From Heptranchias perlo (Eukaryota), in NCBI RefSeq assembly GCF_035084215.1, contig NC_090334.1:44888001-44952000 (forward strand): a stretch of DNA of 64,000 nucleotides, given 5' to 3'. Made by a program: the position numbers and the translations under genes. The notes below the pieces were generated by a model. The model searched no databases and was not told where the DNA came from. It was given only the letters and a program-made list of their open reading frames with translations. How positions within the stretch are numbered: position 1 is the stretch's first letter; every line of letters begins with the position of its first letter. Shown in pieces: positions 49,816-62,255 of the stretch.

Positions 49816-50596
49816 AATAACAGTTGTAAGATCCAGTGAAGTTGTTGACTCCATGCAAGGAACACAAGGATGTTGGTGGTTTTCAAGAACTTGGGTTCAT
49901 CTACAGAACTTGTTGCTCACCAGCTATGACCTGCTTAATATGTATTCAAATTAAATGCTTTCCCTCACTTTTCATGGACATTTTGCCTCCAGAGTTTATA
50001 GTTTTCTGCCGATATAAGAAATGATTTCTGTAATTTGCCTTGACCCAAAACGCAGAAGAATTACGTTTGTACTTTATGTATGAAAATCAAATCAATAATT
50101 ACAGATTACGTTTTAAACATAAAATTGAAGTTGCACTCCTATTTGATGCTATTTACAAATAACAAAGGTATATTATGTAAAAAATGATGTAACCATGCCC
50201 AAATGTGTTAAAATGTGTCTAGTTCAGACAAATGACCAGAGGATGAATCCAGATATTCTGTTTGCACAGCTAAACCTCATTGGATACCAGTTTACGTTTT
50301 TAGTAAATTTAACTTTTATAGTTTTTCACTTTGTAGAAAGAGAATTTATTTTAAAACGGCTAGATGTTGTACTCGCAGGAGAAATGACGGATATAACCAG
50401 TGACAGTCATACTTTGCATGGGAAAGGGATCCATTTGTGTAAAAGAACTTCAGTTTGCATATTCTGCAAAGTGACATTTATTTTAAGTAAACTTTTGTTT
50501 GGAAACATTTGCTTGTGAAGACTGTTTTAGCTCTGGTGATGGTGCCAAATACTCCATGTTGATTCGGCCTGTATATTTAAACAGTAAAAGCTGAAG

Positions 50597-50738
50597 TATA
50601 GTAGAACCTCATAACAAATTTGGTTATTTTGAGCCTCATTATAAAACTTTTTCTCATGTTTGAGGTTCAAAAAACATAAACCCCATTTTCAGAATAGTTT
50701 TGTTAATCTGAAGTTTGTAATAATGAGGTTCACGAGTA
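50597..50738. mobile_element. MITE-like element (Tc1/Tigger type) in the putative CNIH1 3' UTR
   Basis: Imperfect TIRs gtagaacctcataacaaa / tttgtaataatgaggttcac with TA at both ends. Confidence 0.5.
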
Positions 50739-50790
50739 TCACTAGTTGTGGTGCAATACAGCTGTATGTTTTTCTGTACAAAATCCTGCA

Positions 50791-50796
50791 AATAAA
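50791..50796 (+). terminator. Candidate CNIH1 polyadenylation signal
   Basis: AATAAA about 1 kb after the stop, with upstream TGTA motifs and GT/T-rich sequence downstream. Confidence 0.55.
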
Positions 50797-52231
50797 ATGC
50801 TTGAATATAAATTAACAAACGTTAAAACGTGTGCTGATGGCTGTTTTAATGTTAATAGTATAATTTGCAGTTTTCAGTTTTGAAAAAGCTGTTTAATTTG
50901 AATTGGAGAAAGCAAAATTATATGTTTAGATGAATCACAGGCAATAATACTGACACGTAAATGGCTTGGGTAATATACAAGGGGCTTGGTGTTGTGTTTT
51001 GTACAATATTGCAAATATCTGTTAGCACATCGAGACTTACACTTTGTTTAAGGATGGACTACATAACATTTTGATGCAAAGATACAGCTGTAAATGGAAA
51101 AATTGATTAAAGACTGTTTACCAACCAGTTTCTATATGTCATAGTACTGTATATTTTGTGAGTGGTTCTACTCAAAACATAACTCAGTTGTACCTTTTTG
51201 TGCTTATGTTCCTATGGCTGTCCTTTTTTATTTCTCATTTGTGAACTTTATGGCAAAGTTGTGTGCAACGAAAATGATCTTGCAAGAAGTGTGATGGTGA
51301 GTCTTGTGAATATACTGGCACGTGTTACATCAATGGATAATATGAAGTACTGTCCCGCACCTCTGAAATGACCACCCAATTAAAAGTCAAACAGAAATAC
51401 CAAGGATAAACCTCTTCTGCACTGAAAGCATAACCATTTCTCAGCAATTTAGTTGCCTAAATAGGTTCCGACAAAGAGCCCAAGTATGAAACCGCACATT
51501 TGGATATAATGTCCTAGCAACTTTATTTATTGGGATAAGATCCTATTATAAGTGTTATATCTTTATGATGTGTGGAGAAATACCAATAGAAATACAAATT
51601 TTTTCATTGCTATGTTATGTGATTTTGTGATTGCTGTATCATGTGATTTTTATTCCATAGGCTGCATTTAGCCAATGAGCTACAAATGTTGCCCACATGT
51701 AGACATAATTCATTGCTCTTAACAGATGATCTGGTAATTTATTTAATTCTTGTTTGTGGGACCTTGTGTGTAGATTGGCTGCTGTGTTTCCTACATTATA
51801 ACAGTGACTACATTTCAAAGTACTTCATTAGTTGTAAAGAGCTTTGGATGTCCTGAGGTTATGAAAGGCTCTATATAAATGCAAGTTCTTTACTGCAGGC
51901 TGTACAAAGCCACACTAGTCAACAAGAGACCTAAACCAACGCATTGAAATGGTCTCTGCACTCAGAGTTCTATGACTTGACAAAACTTGTGTTTTCAAAA
52001 CAGTGAAAGGAAGTTGGCTTCCATAACGTCGTGCTCCCACAATGCTGGTAAGTAGGAAGTTCCAGGATTTTGACTCTGCAGCAATGAAACGGTAAGATCC
52101 CTGTCCCTCTAGGTGATGGAAGTCGTGGATTTGTGAGGTGCTGCTGAAGAAGCTACGGCTAGTTGCTGCAGTGTATCGTGTAGAAGTTGTGCTAAAATTT
52201 AATACTCCAACTAAGGCCTAACCAGTGATTT

Positions 52232-52652
52232 ATAGTGTCCAATTCTAGGCACCACACTTTAGGAAGGATGTCAAGGCCTTGGAGAGGGTGCAGAGGAGAT
52301 TTACTAAAATGGTACTAGGGTTGCGGGACTTCAGTTACACAGAGACTAGAGAAGCTGGGGTTATTCTCCTTAGAGCAGAAATGGTTACGGGAAGATTTAA
52401 TAGGTTTTCAAAATCATGAAGGGTTTTGATAGAGTAAATAAGGAGAAACTGTTTCCAGTGGCAGAAGGGTCAGTAACCAGAGGATACAGATTTAAGGTAA
52501 TTGGCAAAAGAACCAACGGCAAGATGAGATTTTTTTTTATGCAGCAAGTTATGATCTAGAATGCACTGCCTGAAACAGTGGAGGAAGCAGCTTCAATAAT
52601 CCCTTTCAAAAGGGAATTAGATAAATACTTGAAAGTGAAAAATTTGCAGGGC
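52232..52652 (+). mobile_element. CR1 3' fragment
   Basis: Encodes HFRKDVKALERVQRRFT remnant. Confidence 0.8.
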
Positions 52653-52808
52653 TTTTAAATAATTTTTTGTTGAGAATGCAACCTTAAAAAGAAGAACCAA
52701 TATATTTGCATATTGCCATTGTTATTTGTAGAGGTTGGACATTTGTGATATTTATATATGCAATCAATTTACAAAATTACAATCTACAGCCTGAAATTTC
52801 TGCAATTT

Positions 52809-52898
52809 TTATCTTGACACTGATCGTGCTGCAGAGTCGTCTTTTGTTGCCAGGTACATTGCCACATTACCCCGAAAATCGTGTAAGTAGTTGTATTG
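52809..52898 (-). CDS. CDKN3: CDKN3 exon 8 (terminal coding part)
   Basis: tgacag| QYNYLHDFRGNVAMYLATKDDSAARSVSR* (TAA). Confidence 0.95.
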   Translation of the reverse strand, partial: QYNYLHDFRGNVAMYLATKDDSAARSVSR

Positions 52899-54279
52899 CT
52901 GTCAAACAAACAAAATAATTACAAACACTATTGGTAATTTTCCAGCTTTCCTTAGTAAAGTACACTATTTCCTGAGTACATGAACTCCAATGGCTCTTTG
53001 ATCCCATTGTGCTTATCCTTCTTGAGCAAGCCTTGATGTAAGTCCATATATGTTCTTGCCAGGTGAGTACAGGATCAGGCTCTACAATGATGCCATCACA
53101 GTACCAAAGGGCACCCAGTGCCAGTGAAACCATACCCCAACATGAGTCAATGGGGATGAATTTCCTTGCCACGTCTGGCCCTTTAGCCTTGCTGGAATGG
53201 CATAGGAATTTTTCCCAGCAAGGAAACTCGCATGGAAGCCGCTTCTGTCAAAGGGCTGTCCCTGAGTTTGTGTGTTTCTGGAACCTTTCTGCACTCCAAT
53301 TCTGAGTTACCACTGGTCTCATTTACATGTGTGGAGGGGAGTTTCCTGGACATACCCTATTAATGCATTCAGGATAAGTTACACCTGTTTGACTTCTGCA
53401 TTGAATACAGAGAATCAGCTGTTAAAGGTGGAAGTGAGGAGTTCCTGTCACAGAAGAGCCTGCAGATTCTTCAGTGAAGATTTCTGAAGGTAAGAAATGT
53501 TTAACATCTTTTTTACATTGCATCCTGTCTACAGACCCTTACACTTGCTTCTGACTGCTTCTCAGAGGGTTGGAGTGCTAGCAGATTTGTGGACCCCTAC
53601 ACTTTTTTCCCCACCCCCCAATGTTAGGGGTAGGTATGGAATTCCCTATGGGCACCTATTCTCATGCTTCTAGGTGCACCTGCGTGTCAGGATTACGGGA
53701 AGTGGTTGGCTCCTCATGCTGCACTGAAGGGTCATGGCACTCCTCCCTTGGCAGCTGGCTCCTGGCATGGATCTGCTGTTAGCTGCATCTCTAGAGGGTG
53801 TTCCTGGGTAGCTTGATCTCACCTGCCAAATTTCACTTGCATAAGCATATGCTGCTGTTCTGAGGGACGGCAGTATCACGCAAGTGTGACTCCTGGGTGG
53901 CTTGGTTGTCAGCTTTCTCATATGTCACCTGCTACTGCGGTGGGTTTGCAGAAAGGGAGGGTAGAAGGCAAGAATGGAGCACTTCCCCCTTGGGATTAAG
54001 GAGACAGAGAAAGAGGTGGAAGGTTGTGGCTTATTGATGCTTCTTAGGAATATCAGGGGGACAGTGCAGGCGCTCAAGTCAGTAACCTGTTGCCAGCAAG
54101 ATGCCACCAACCTCACTATCTCCCATGCAAGATCTATATGCCTCCCCACATGTGCCTGACCTTGTCCTTGAAGGGAATGAGGATTTTAAAGGCTGGCCTG
54201 CCTTTTGTGGGCATTGTCAATTTCCCCTATAAAGAGAGAGAGGGTAAGGCTAGCAGTTAAGGAGTGGTGGCAAGTCTCG

Positions 54280-55157
54280 TATCTAAGTTTGCTGAAGACA
54301 AAGATTGGTAGCATTGTAAGCAGTGTAGATGAAAACATAAAATTACAAAGGGATATTGATAGATTAGGTGAATGGGCAAAATTGTGGCAAATGGAATTCA
54401 ATGCAGACAAATGTGAGGTCATCCACTTTGGATCAAAAAAGGATAGAACAGGATACTTTCTAAATGGTAAAAAGTTAAAAACTGGATGTCCTAAGGGACT
54501 TTGGGGTTCAGGTACAGAAAATAATCAAGAAGGCTAATGGAATGCTGGCCTTTATATCTAGAGGACTAGAGTACAAGGGGGCAGAAGTTATGCTACAGCT
54601 ATACAAAACCCTGGTTAGACCGCACCTGGAGTACTGTGAGCAGTTCTGGGCACCGCACCTTCGGAAGGACATACTGGCCTTGGAGGGAGTGCAGCGTAGG
54701 TTTACTAGAATGATACCCGCACTTCAAGGGTTAAGTTACGAGGAGAGATTACACAAATTGGGGTTGTATTCTCTGGAGTTTCGAAGGTTAAGGGGTGATC
54801 TGATCGAAGTTTATAAGATATTAAGGGGAATGGATAGAGAGAAACTATTTCTGCTGGTTGGGGATTCTAGGAGTAGGGGGGCACAGTCTAAAAGTTAGAG
54901 CCAGACCTTTCAGGAGCGAGATTAGAAAACATTTCTACAAAGGGTGGTAGAAGTTTGGAACTCTCTTCCACAAACGACAATTGATACTAGCTCAATTGCT
55001 AAATTTAAATGTGAGATAGATAGCTTTTTGGCAACCAAAGGTATTAAGGGATATGGGCCAAAGGCAGGTATATGGAGCTAGATCACAGATCAGCCATGAT
55101 CTTATCAAATGGCGGAGTAGGCATGAGGGGCTGAATGGCCTACTCCTGTTCCTATGT
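54280..55157 (+). mobile_element. CR1 LINE 3' portion in CDKN3 intron 7
   Basis: WQMEFNADKC and LYKTLVRPHLEYCEQFW; cctgttcctatgt tail. Confidence 0.9.
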
Positions 55158-55419
55158 GGTATGGAAGAACAGGAGTAAATAGAGGGGTGGTGTGAGGGTG
55201 TTAAAGTGGAGGAAGGGGATTTGGGGTTGTGCAAGGCCATTATTATGTGTTAGGGGAGCGGGAGCTGTGTAGCCATAGCCCAGGATAGGGTGTTGGAAGC
55301 AGCCTTAAGCAGAGAGCATTGTGTAGGGTTAGTTGTAGAAGTAGTGCTTTAAGAAGGTGAAGTGTGTGTTGGTGCTCAGAGTAGGCAAGGAAGAAAAGAG
55401 AGATGGGTGCAGTATATTG

Positions 55420-55645
55420 CTATGCTGAGGATGTGGAACTTTATGCAGCACGGTTCTTCAGTCCTGGCGTGAGGGAATTGGCAGTCAGTTTCAGAGCCAC
55501 CTCCCTCCAGGTAGCAGGCGTGGTAATTCTGGGTGCCTATATGGCACCCACACCCAGGAGTCCGTTTGTCCTTTCTACAATGCTCCCCTGGAGGTCTAAA
55601 TGAGTGAAGTTGTACGTTGTTCTCCTCTGGCTTAGTGACATGCCC
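55420..55645 (-). mobile_element. Harbinger-type Myb/SANT ORF relic
   Basis: RRTTYNFTHLDL...WREVALKLTANSLTP/RTEEPCCIKF, with a stop and a frameshift. Confidence 0.55.
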
Positions 55646-56571
55646 TGCTACACTTTGGGCATAGATGGCACTTGAATATCCATAGTTCTGTCCAAGTGTA
55701 ATAATAAATACTGTAAGATATGCAGTAAAGTAATTTGAGAGAGAAATGAAAGAGGTAACCAGTATTCCTGCCTTACTACCTTGTCCACCAACTATTCTGC
55801 TGAAAAGTACATAAAAGGCTGCATGGAGGTTTCCTGTTGCTTCAGCTGCTTGTGCCGGTTTTACACATGTTTGCACCAATGGATATGGAAATGAGCATAA
55901 CCAGGAAACTTTTGTTAATTTCACTCCAGAGGCCAGCAGCAGATGTTACATTCTTTTTTCAATAAAAGGTGCAATAGCGCTGGAAATCACATTGAAGGTT
56001 TTTGGGCAGAAAACTGATCAGTTCGGGAGCCTCATTTTAATAATTGTGCCGAGCTGCTGGCACCTGTCATACTTCCAGAGGCAGCTTGCTTGTATGGCCT
56101 GATCCAATTTGGGCCGTCTGCCTTGCAGGCAGCTTCCTTAAGGTAAATCCTATAAAGGGGTGGGGGAGAGAAGAGAAAGGCAGAAGATGACTGGGGAGGG
56201 GGAGGAGATAATTATTATCATGGGCTGGCAGTGGCCCTCTGGAGTGCTGTGGTTAGGCTGCAGCAATCTACTAATCTACCGGAGCAGGCTAAGCCCTATT
56301 GAATTTTTCTAAGGGGTCCTTAAACACATGTTAGGCCCCTGATTAGCAGGGACCTAATGCCTGTTGAAGGCAGCCGCCCAGGACTCCTGAAAATTGTCCG
56401 AAGCCAATATGGCCCTGCAATCTTGTTCATTTTAGCTATGTTTTCTGTCTGGAAAATGGGCACAAGGACCAATTTCTACCCCATGACTTTAGGAAAGATG
56501 GGGAGTAAACTGGTTAAAAAGAAAATATAAAGCACAAATGAGCAATTTTTTGAGACAAATTTCAACTTTAC

Positions 56572-56675
56572 CTTCACTGTTTGTATTGCTCCAGCTCCTC
56601 TTAATTTACGAAGAAGGTCAATTGCTTCTTCTGGCAGCATGGTCTCAGACAGCTGAAGTAGAAGACATGCTGCAA
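56572..56675 (-). CDS. CDKN3: CDKN3 exon 7
   Basis: cctag|TT ... AAG|gtaaag; (I)AACLLLQLSETMLPEEAIDLLRKLRGAGAIQTVK; 104 nt. Confidence 0.95.
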
Positions 56676-56689
56676 CTAGGAGACACAAT

Positions 56690-58090
56690 TTAGGAAGGAA
56701 ACATGCAAGGAAGTTATGCTAAATCTTTATAAATACTGGTTAGGCCTCAGCTGGAGTATTGTGTTCAATTCTGGGCATCACACTTTAGGAAGGATATCGA
56801 TGCTGAAGAGATTTACTAGAATGGTGCCTGGGATGAGGGACTTCAGTTATGTGGAGTGACTGGAGAAGCTGGGGTTGTTCTTTGTTTTTTTTATTTGTTC
56901 ATGGGATGTGGGAGTAGCTGGCGAGGCTGGCATTTATTGCCCATCCCTAATTGCCATTGAGAAGGTGGTGGTGAGCCGCCGCCTTGAACCGCTGCAGTCT
57001 GTGTGGTGACTATTCTCCCACAGTGCTGTTAGGAAGGGAGTTCCAGGATTTTGACCCAGCGACGATGAGAGAACGGCGATATATTTCCAAGTCGGGATGG
57101 TGTGTGACTTGGAGGGGAACGTGCAGGTGGTGTTGTTCCCATGTGCCTGCTGCCCATGTCCTTCTAGGTGGTAGAGGTCGCGGGTTTGGGAGGTGTTGTC
57201 TAATAAGCCTTAGCGAGTTGCTGCAGTGCATCCTGTGGATGGTACACACTGTGTGCCGGTGATGAAGGGAGTGAATGTTTAGGGTGGTGGATGGGGTGCC
57301 AATCAAGTGGGCTGCTTTATCTTGGATGGTGTCAAACTTCGAGTGTTGTTGGAGCTGCACTCATCCAAGCAAGTGGAGAGTATTCCATCACACTCCTGAC
57401 ATGTGCCTTGTAGATGGTGGAAAGGCTTTGGGGAGTCAGGAGGTGAGTCACTCGCCGCAGAATACCCAGCCTCTGACCTCCTCTTGCAGCCACAGTATTT
57501 ATATGGCTGGTCCAGTTAAGTTTCTGGTCGATGGTGACCCCCAGGATGTTGATGGTGGGGTAATGCCAATGAATATCAAGGGGAGGTGGTTAGACTCTCT
57601 TGTTGGAGATGGTCATTGCCTGACACATATCTGGCACGAATGTTACTTGCCATTTATGAGCCCAAGCTTGGATGTTGTCCATGTCTTGCTGCATGCGGGC
57701 TCGGACTGCTTCGTTATTTGAGGGGTTGCGAATGGAACTGTGCAATCATCAGCGAACATTCGCATTTAGAACAGAGAAGGTTAAGGGGAGATTTGAAAGA
57801 GTAAATAAAGAGAAACAATTTCCAGTGGTAGAAGGGTCGGTAACCCGAGGACACAGATTTAAGGTGATTGGCAAAAGAGCCAGAGGTGACATGAAGAAAC
57901 ATTTCTTTAAGCAATAATGATCTGGAATGCACTGCCTGAAAGGGTGGTGGAAGCAGATTCAATAGTTACTTTCAAAAGGGTAAATACTTGAAGGGAAAAA
58001 ATTTACTGGGCTATGGGGAAAGGGACTAATTGGATAGCTCATTCAAAGAGCCGGCATAGGCACAATGGGCTGAATGGCCTCCTACTATGA
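56690..58090. mobile_element. CR1 (+) interrupted by a HER1-like LINE (-, about 56885-57760)
   Basis: CR1 stops at gggttgttc (56880) and resumes at ttagaacagagaagg (about 57766). The insert matches 13700-14545. Confidence 0.85.
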
Positions 58091-58219
58091 TAAATTGTGT
58101 TACTAATCTGATTAAATGCCATACCTCAGTTGAACAAGCACTCCTTAATTTTGCTTAGTTTGGGGGGAAAAGGAAAGTTTATAAAAAATGGAAAAACAGA
58201 AGCAAAATTCTACACTTAC

Positions 58220-58251
58220 TTAGACATGAGCATCCAAGGCCTCCATAACAT
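58220..58251 (-). CDS. CDKN3: CDKN3 exon 6 (catalytic P-loop exon)
   Basis: ttgcag|A TGT TAT GGA GGC CTT GGA TGC TCA TGT CTA A|gtaagt = (Q)CYGGLGCSCL; 32 nt. Confidence 0.92.
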
Positions 58252-58699
58252 CTGCAAAGTAATTACAGAAAGTGGTGCAAGAAAATGGTTCAGATTCTGG
58301 TTTAAAAGTTCTTCATGCACTGCATCAATACTATCAAAGATTATTTTTGGCATAGAATATGCAAATAAGTTTATTGGCTGGGTACTTTAAGCAACTGTCA
58401 AGAATCAAGAACACTTCAACATCTGCAATTGTTTGGTGCACTGAGAACATGGATAATCCCAACTCTAATATTGTGAATTCAGTTGTCAAGACTAGATTCA
58501 AACCCAAATTTTTCCCATCATAATGGCTGACTTCGGGGTGGGATTCTACTGCAGGTGGAAAATAGGGATCTAAGTTGAGGCTCGTACTGGAAGTTCTTGT
58601 CCTAAAATAGGCATGTATATTTAAATGAGGTGGCAATGAGATGGTGATTTACAGGTCACATTTTACATAATTATTACTGAGCTTTCTATCATGTCCAGA

Positions 58700-59297
58700 T
58701 TACAAGGGGGCAGAAGTTATGCTGCAGCTATACAAAACCCTGGTTAGATCGCACCTGGAGTACTGTGAGCAGTTCTGGGCACCGCACCTTCGGAAGGACA
58801 TACTGGCCTTGGAGGGAGTGCAGCGTAGGTTTACTAGAATGATACCCGCACTTCAAGGGTTAAGTTATGAGGAGAGATTACACAAATTGGGGTTGTATTC
58901 TCTAGAGTTTAGAAGGTTAAGGGGTGATCTGATCGAAGTTTATAAGATATTAAGGGGAATGGATAGGGTGGATAGAGAGAAACTATTTCCGCTGGTTGGG
59001 GATTTTAGGAGTAGGGGGCACAGTCTAAAAATTAGAGCCAGACCTTTCAGGAGCGAGATTAGAAAACGTTTCTACACAAAGGGTGGTAGAAGTTTGGAAC
59101 TCTCTTCCGCAAACGGCAATTGATACTAGCTCAATTGCTAAATTTAAATCTGAGATAGATAGCTTTTTGGCAACTAAAAGGTATTAAGGGATATGGGCCA
59201 AAGGCAGGTATATGGAGTTAGATCACAGATCAGCCATGATCTTATCAAATGGCGGAGCAGGCACGAGGGGCTGAATGGCCTACTCCTGTTCCTATGT
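58700..59297 (+). mobile_element. Young CR1 3' fragment
   Basis: Near-identical to 54572-55157. Confidence 0.9.
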
Positions 59298-59514
59298 CCA
59301 TATAAAATACCCATCCATTTTTGCTTAGCAGTAAGGTAAATTGGATTCAAATGACCCAGCCAGTATTATAGAAAGATTTATAGAAAAGCTTATTTCTCAG
59401 ATGATTTTTTGTTTCTTGCTAACAACTGCTTCACCATCTATGTGCCTTCAATTGTGGGACTCCAATATATCACCCCATACCATTCGAAAGAGGCCAAAAT
59501 GAGTTTTCCACTGG

Positions 59515-61438
59515 GAACATAAGAAATAGGAGCAGGAGTAGGCCATCCGGCCCCTCGAGCCTACTCCGCCATTCAACAAGATCACGGCTGATCATCTATC
59601 TCAATACCATATTTATGCTCTCTCCCCATACCCCTTGATGCCTTGTGTCCAGAAATCTATCTAGCTCCTTCTTAAATATATTCAGTGACTTGGCCTCTAC
59701 AGCCTTCTGTGGCAGAGAATTCCACAGGTTCACCACCCTCAGTGAAGAAATTTCTCCTCATCTCAGTCCTAAATGTCCTACCCCGTATCCTGAGACTGTG
59801 ACCCCTCATTCTAGACTCCCCAGCCAGGGGAAACATCCTCCCTGCATCCTGACAGAATTTTATACGTTTCAATGAGATCCCCTCTCATTCTTCTAAACTC
59901 GAGTGAATACAGGCCGAGTCGACCCAATCTTTCCTCATACGACAGTCCTGCCATCCCAGGAATCAGTCTGGTGAACCTTCGCTGTACTCCCTCTATGGCA
60001 AGTATATCTTTTCTTAGGTAAGGAGACCAAAACTGCACACAATACTCCAGGTGTGGTCTCACCAAGGCCCTGTATAACTGCAGTAAGACATCCTTGCTCC
60101 TGTACTCAAATCCTCTTGCAATGAAGGCCAACATACCATTTGCCTTCCTAACTGCTTGCTGCACCTGCATGTTTGCTTTCAGTGACTGGTGTACAAGGAC
60201 ACCCAGGTCCCTTTGTACATCAGTATTTCCCAATCTATCACTATTTAAATAATACTCTGCCTTTCTGTTTTTTCCTTCTGAAGTGGATAACTTCACATTT
60301 ATCCACATTATACTGCATCTGCCATATATTTGCCCAATCTTGGGTAAGGAGACCAAAATTATACACGATACTCCAGGTGTGGTCTTACCAAGGTCCTATA
60401 TAATTGCAGTAAGATATCTTTACTCCTGTACTCCAATCCACTTATAATAAAAGGCAAACATACCATTTGCCTTCCTAATTGCTTGCTGCACCTGCATGTT
60501 AGCTTTCAGTGATTCATGTACAAGGACACCCAAGTCCCTTTGAACATCAACATTTCCCAATCTCTCACCATTTAAAAAATACTCTGCATTTCTGTTTTTT
60601 CCTACCAAAGTGGATAACTTCACATTTTTCCACATTATATTCCATCTGCCATGTTCTTGCCCACTCACTTAGCCCGTCTATATCCCCTTGAAGCCTCTTT
60701 GCATCCTCCTCACAACTCACTTTCCCACCTAGTTTTATGTCATCAGCAAACTTGGAAATATTACATTTGGTCCCCTCATTCAAATCATTGATATAGATTG
60801 TGAATAGCTGGGACCCAAGCACTGCTCCCTGCGGTACCCCACTAGTCACAGTCTGCCAACCTGAAAAAGACCCGTTTATTCCTACTCTCTGTTTTCTGTC
60901 TGTTAACCAATTCTCAATCCATGCCAGTATATTATCCCCAATTCCATGTGCTCTAACTTTGTTCACCAACCTCCTGTGTGGGACCTTATCGAAAGCCTTC
61001 TGAAAATTCAAGTACACCACATCCACTGGTTCCCCACACCCCCCCCCCCCCCCCAATATCTATTCTACTAGTTACATCCTCAAAGAACACCAATAGGTTT
61101 GTCAAACATGATTTCCCTTTCATAAATCCATGTTGACTGCCAAATCCTATTATTTTCTAAGTGTCCTGTTATCGCATCCTTTATAATAGATTCTAGCATT
61201 TTCCCTACTACTGATGTCAGGCTAACTGGTCTGTAGTTTCCTGCTTTCTCTCTTCCCTCCCTCCTTCCTTCCTTAAATAGTGGGGTTACATTTGCTACCC
61301 TCCAATCTGCAGGAACCATTCTAGAATCTGTAGAATTTTGGAAGATGACAACCAATGCATCCACTATCTCTACAGCCACCTCTTTCAAAACCCTGGGATG
61401 CAGATCATCAGATCCTTGGGATTTATCAATTTTCAGTC
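59515..61438 (-). mobile_element. CR1 LINE(s), RT region with a repeated internal segment
   Basis: NYRPVSLTSVVGK, FQKAFDKVPH, GVPQGAVLG, FADD and LVRPHLEY in ORFs from 59811 to 61388. Confidence 0.92.
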
Positions 61439-62059
61439 CCAGGAATATCCCTGCGTTTTAGAGGCAGGTGAAGAGGAACAACAAAATGAAGACAGACTGG
61501 TCAAGCAACATGGCACCAACTCACTGACACTCCCACTCCAAATTATATAGGCCAAAGTGCTCCTACTTCCAGCTAACCAAGAAGTAGTACTTTGCACAGA
61601 AATGAACTGAGTTTTATGTGGTCAAAGAGTGTTTAACTTTGCACAGAAATATTCACCAAAAGATAGCAACAAAAATGTTCACTATGTATAACTATTTCTT
61701 ACCACTACATCTCCATTTGTGCCAGCCAACTTACTCCTACTACTACAACCAGATGCTCCTCCCCAATGTTAAAGGCCTGTGAGTGGCATGGACACTTCCC
61801 TCAAGTGCATTGCATCCCATGAGAGTTGAAGGTACATTGTCCTTTTCAATGAGGTGTCCTTAAGAATAGCAGTAGCCCCTGTGGCAGGAAATGTGAGTTG
61901 ACAGAATGGTTTTGAGTAAAGATGTTGCATGAGTGTTATCAGACATTTCCCTTTGCATAAGAGACCCCAAGATGCTGACACAGAAAGAGTATGATTGTGC
62001 CTTCACTCACCTCCTTACCCATCAGTGGTAAAGGATGTGGAATGGCAACAGATCCTTGA

Positions 62060-62255
62060 CTTACCGTAGACACACTTGTGAGATCATTGAACCTGTTCCT
62101 GCACTACCCCGATCGCTTGGAGGCCAGAAGAGACTTCCTTTTTGAGGGCCATCTCTGCTTAGACCCAGATAAGACCTTCCTCCTCTGCCTTCCTTTGGCC
62201 AGAAGCACTTCCACTGCTGCCTGTGAAAACATGGGGGCTTTGTGCCCTGCAGCAG
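62060..62255 (-). mobile_element. Harbinger-type Myb/SANT ORF relic
   Basis: KAPMFSQAAVEVLLAKGRQRRKVL...*CRNRFNDLT followed by a gtaag donor-like site. Confidence 0.65.

Noticed and set aside
55376-55924. 182-aa ORF as a nested gene in CDKN3
   Set aside because: Non-ATG start, and it overlaps a frameshifted Harbinger Myb relic mostly in another frame.
56676-56688. ORF-track 'MCLLVAACLL' as a contiguous CDKN3 sequence
   Set aside because: The first residues are intronic. The real acceptor is at 56676-56677 and the preceding residues come from exon 6.
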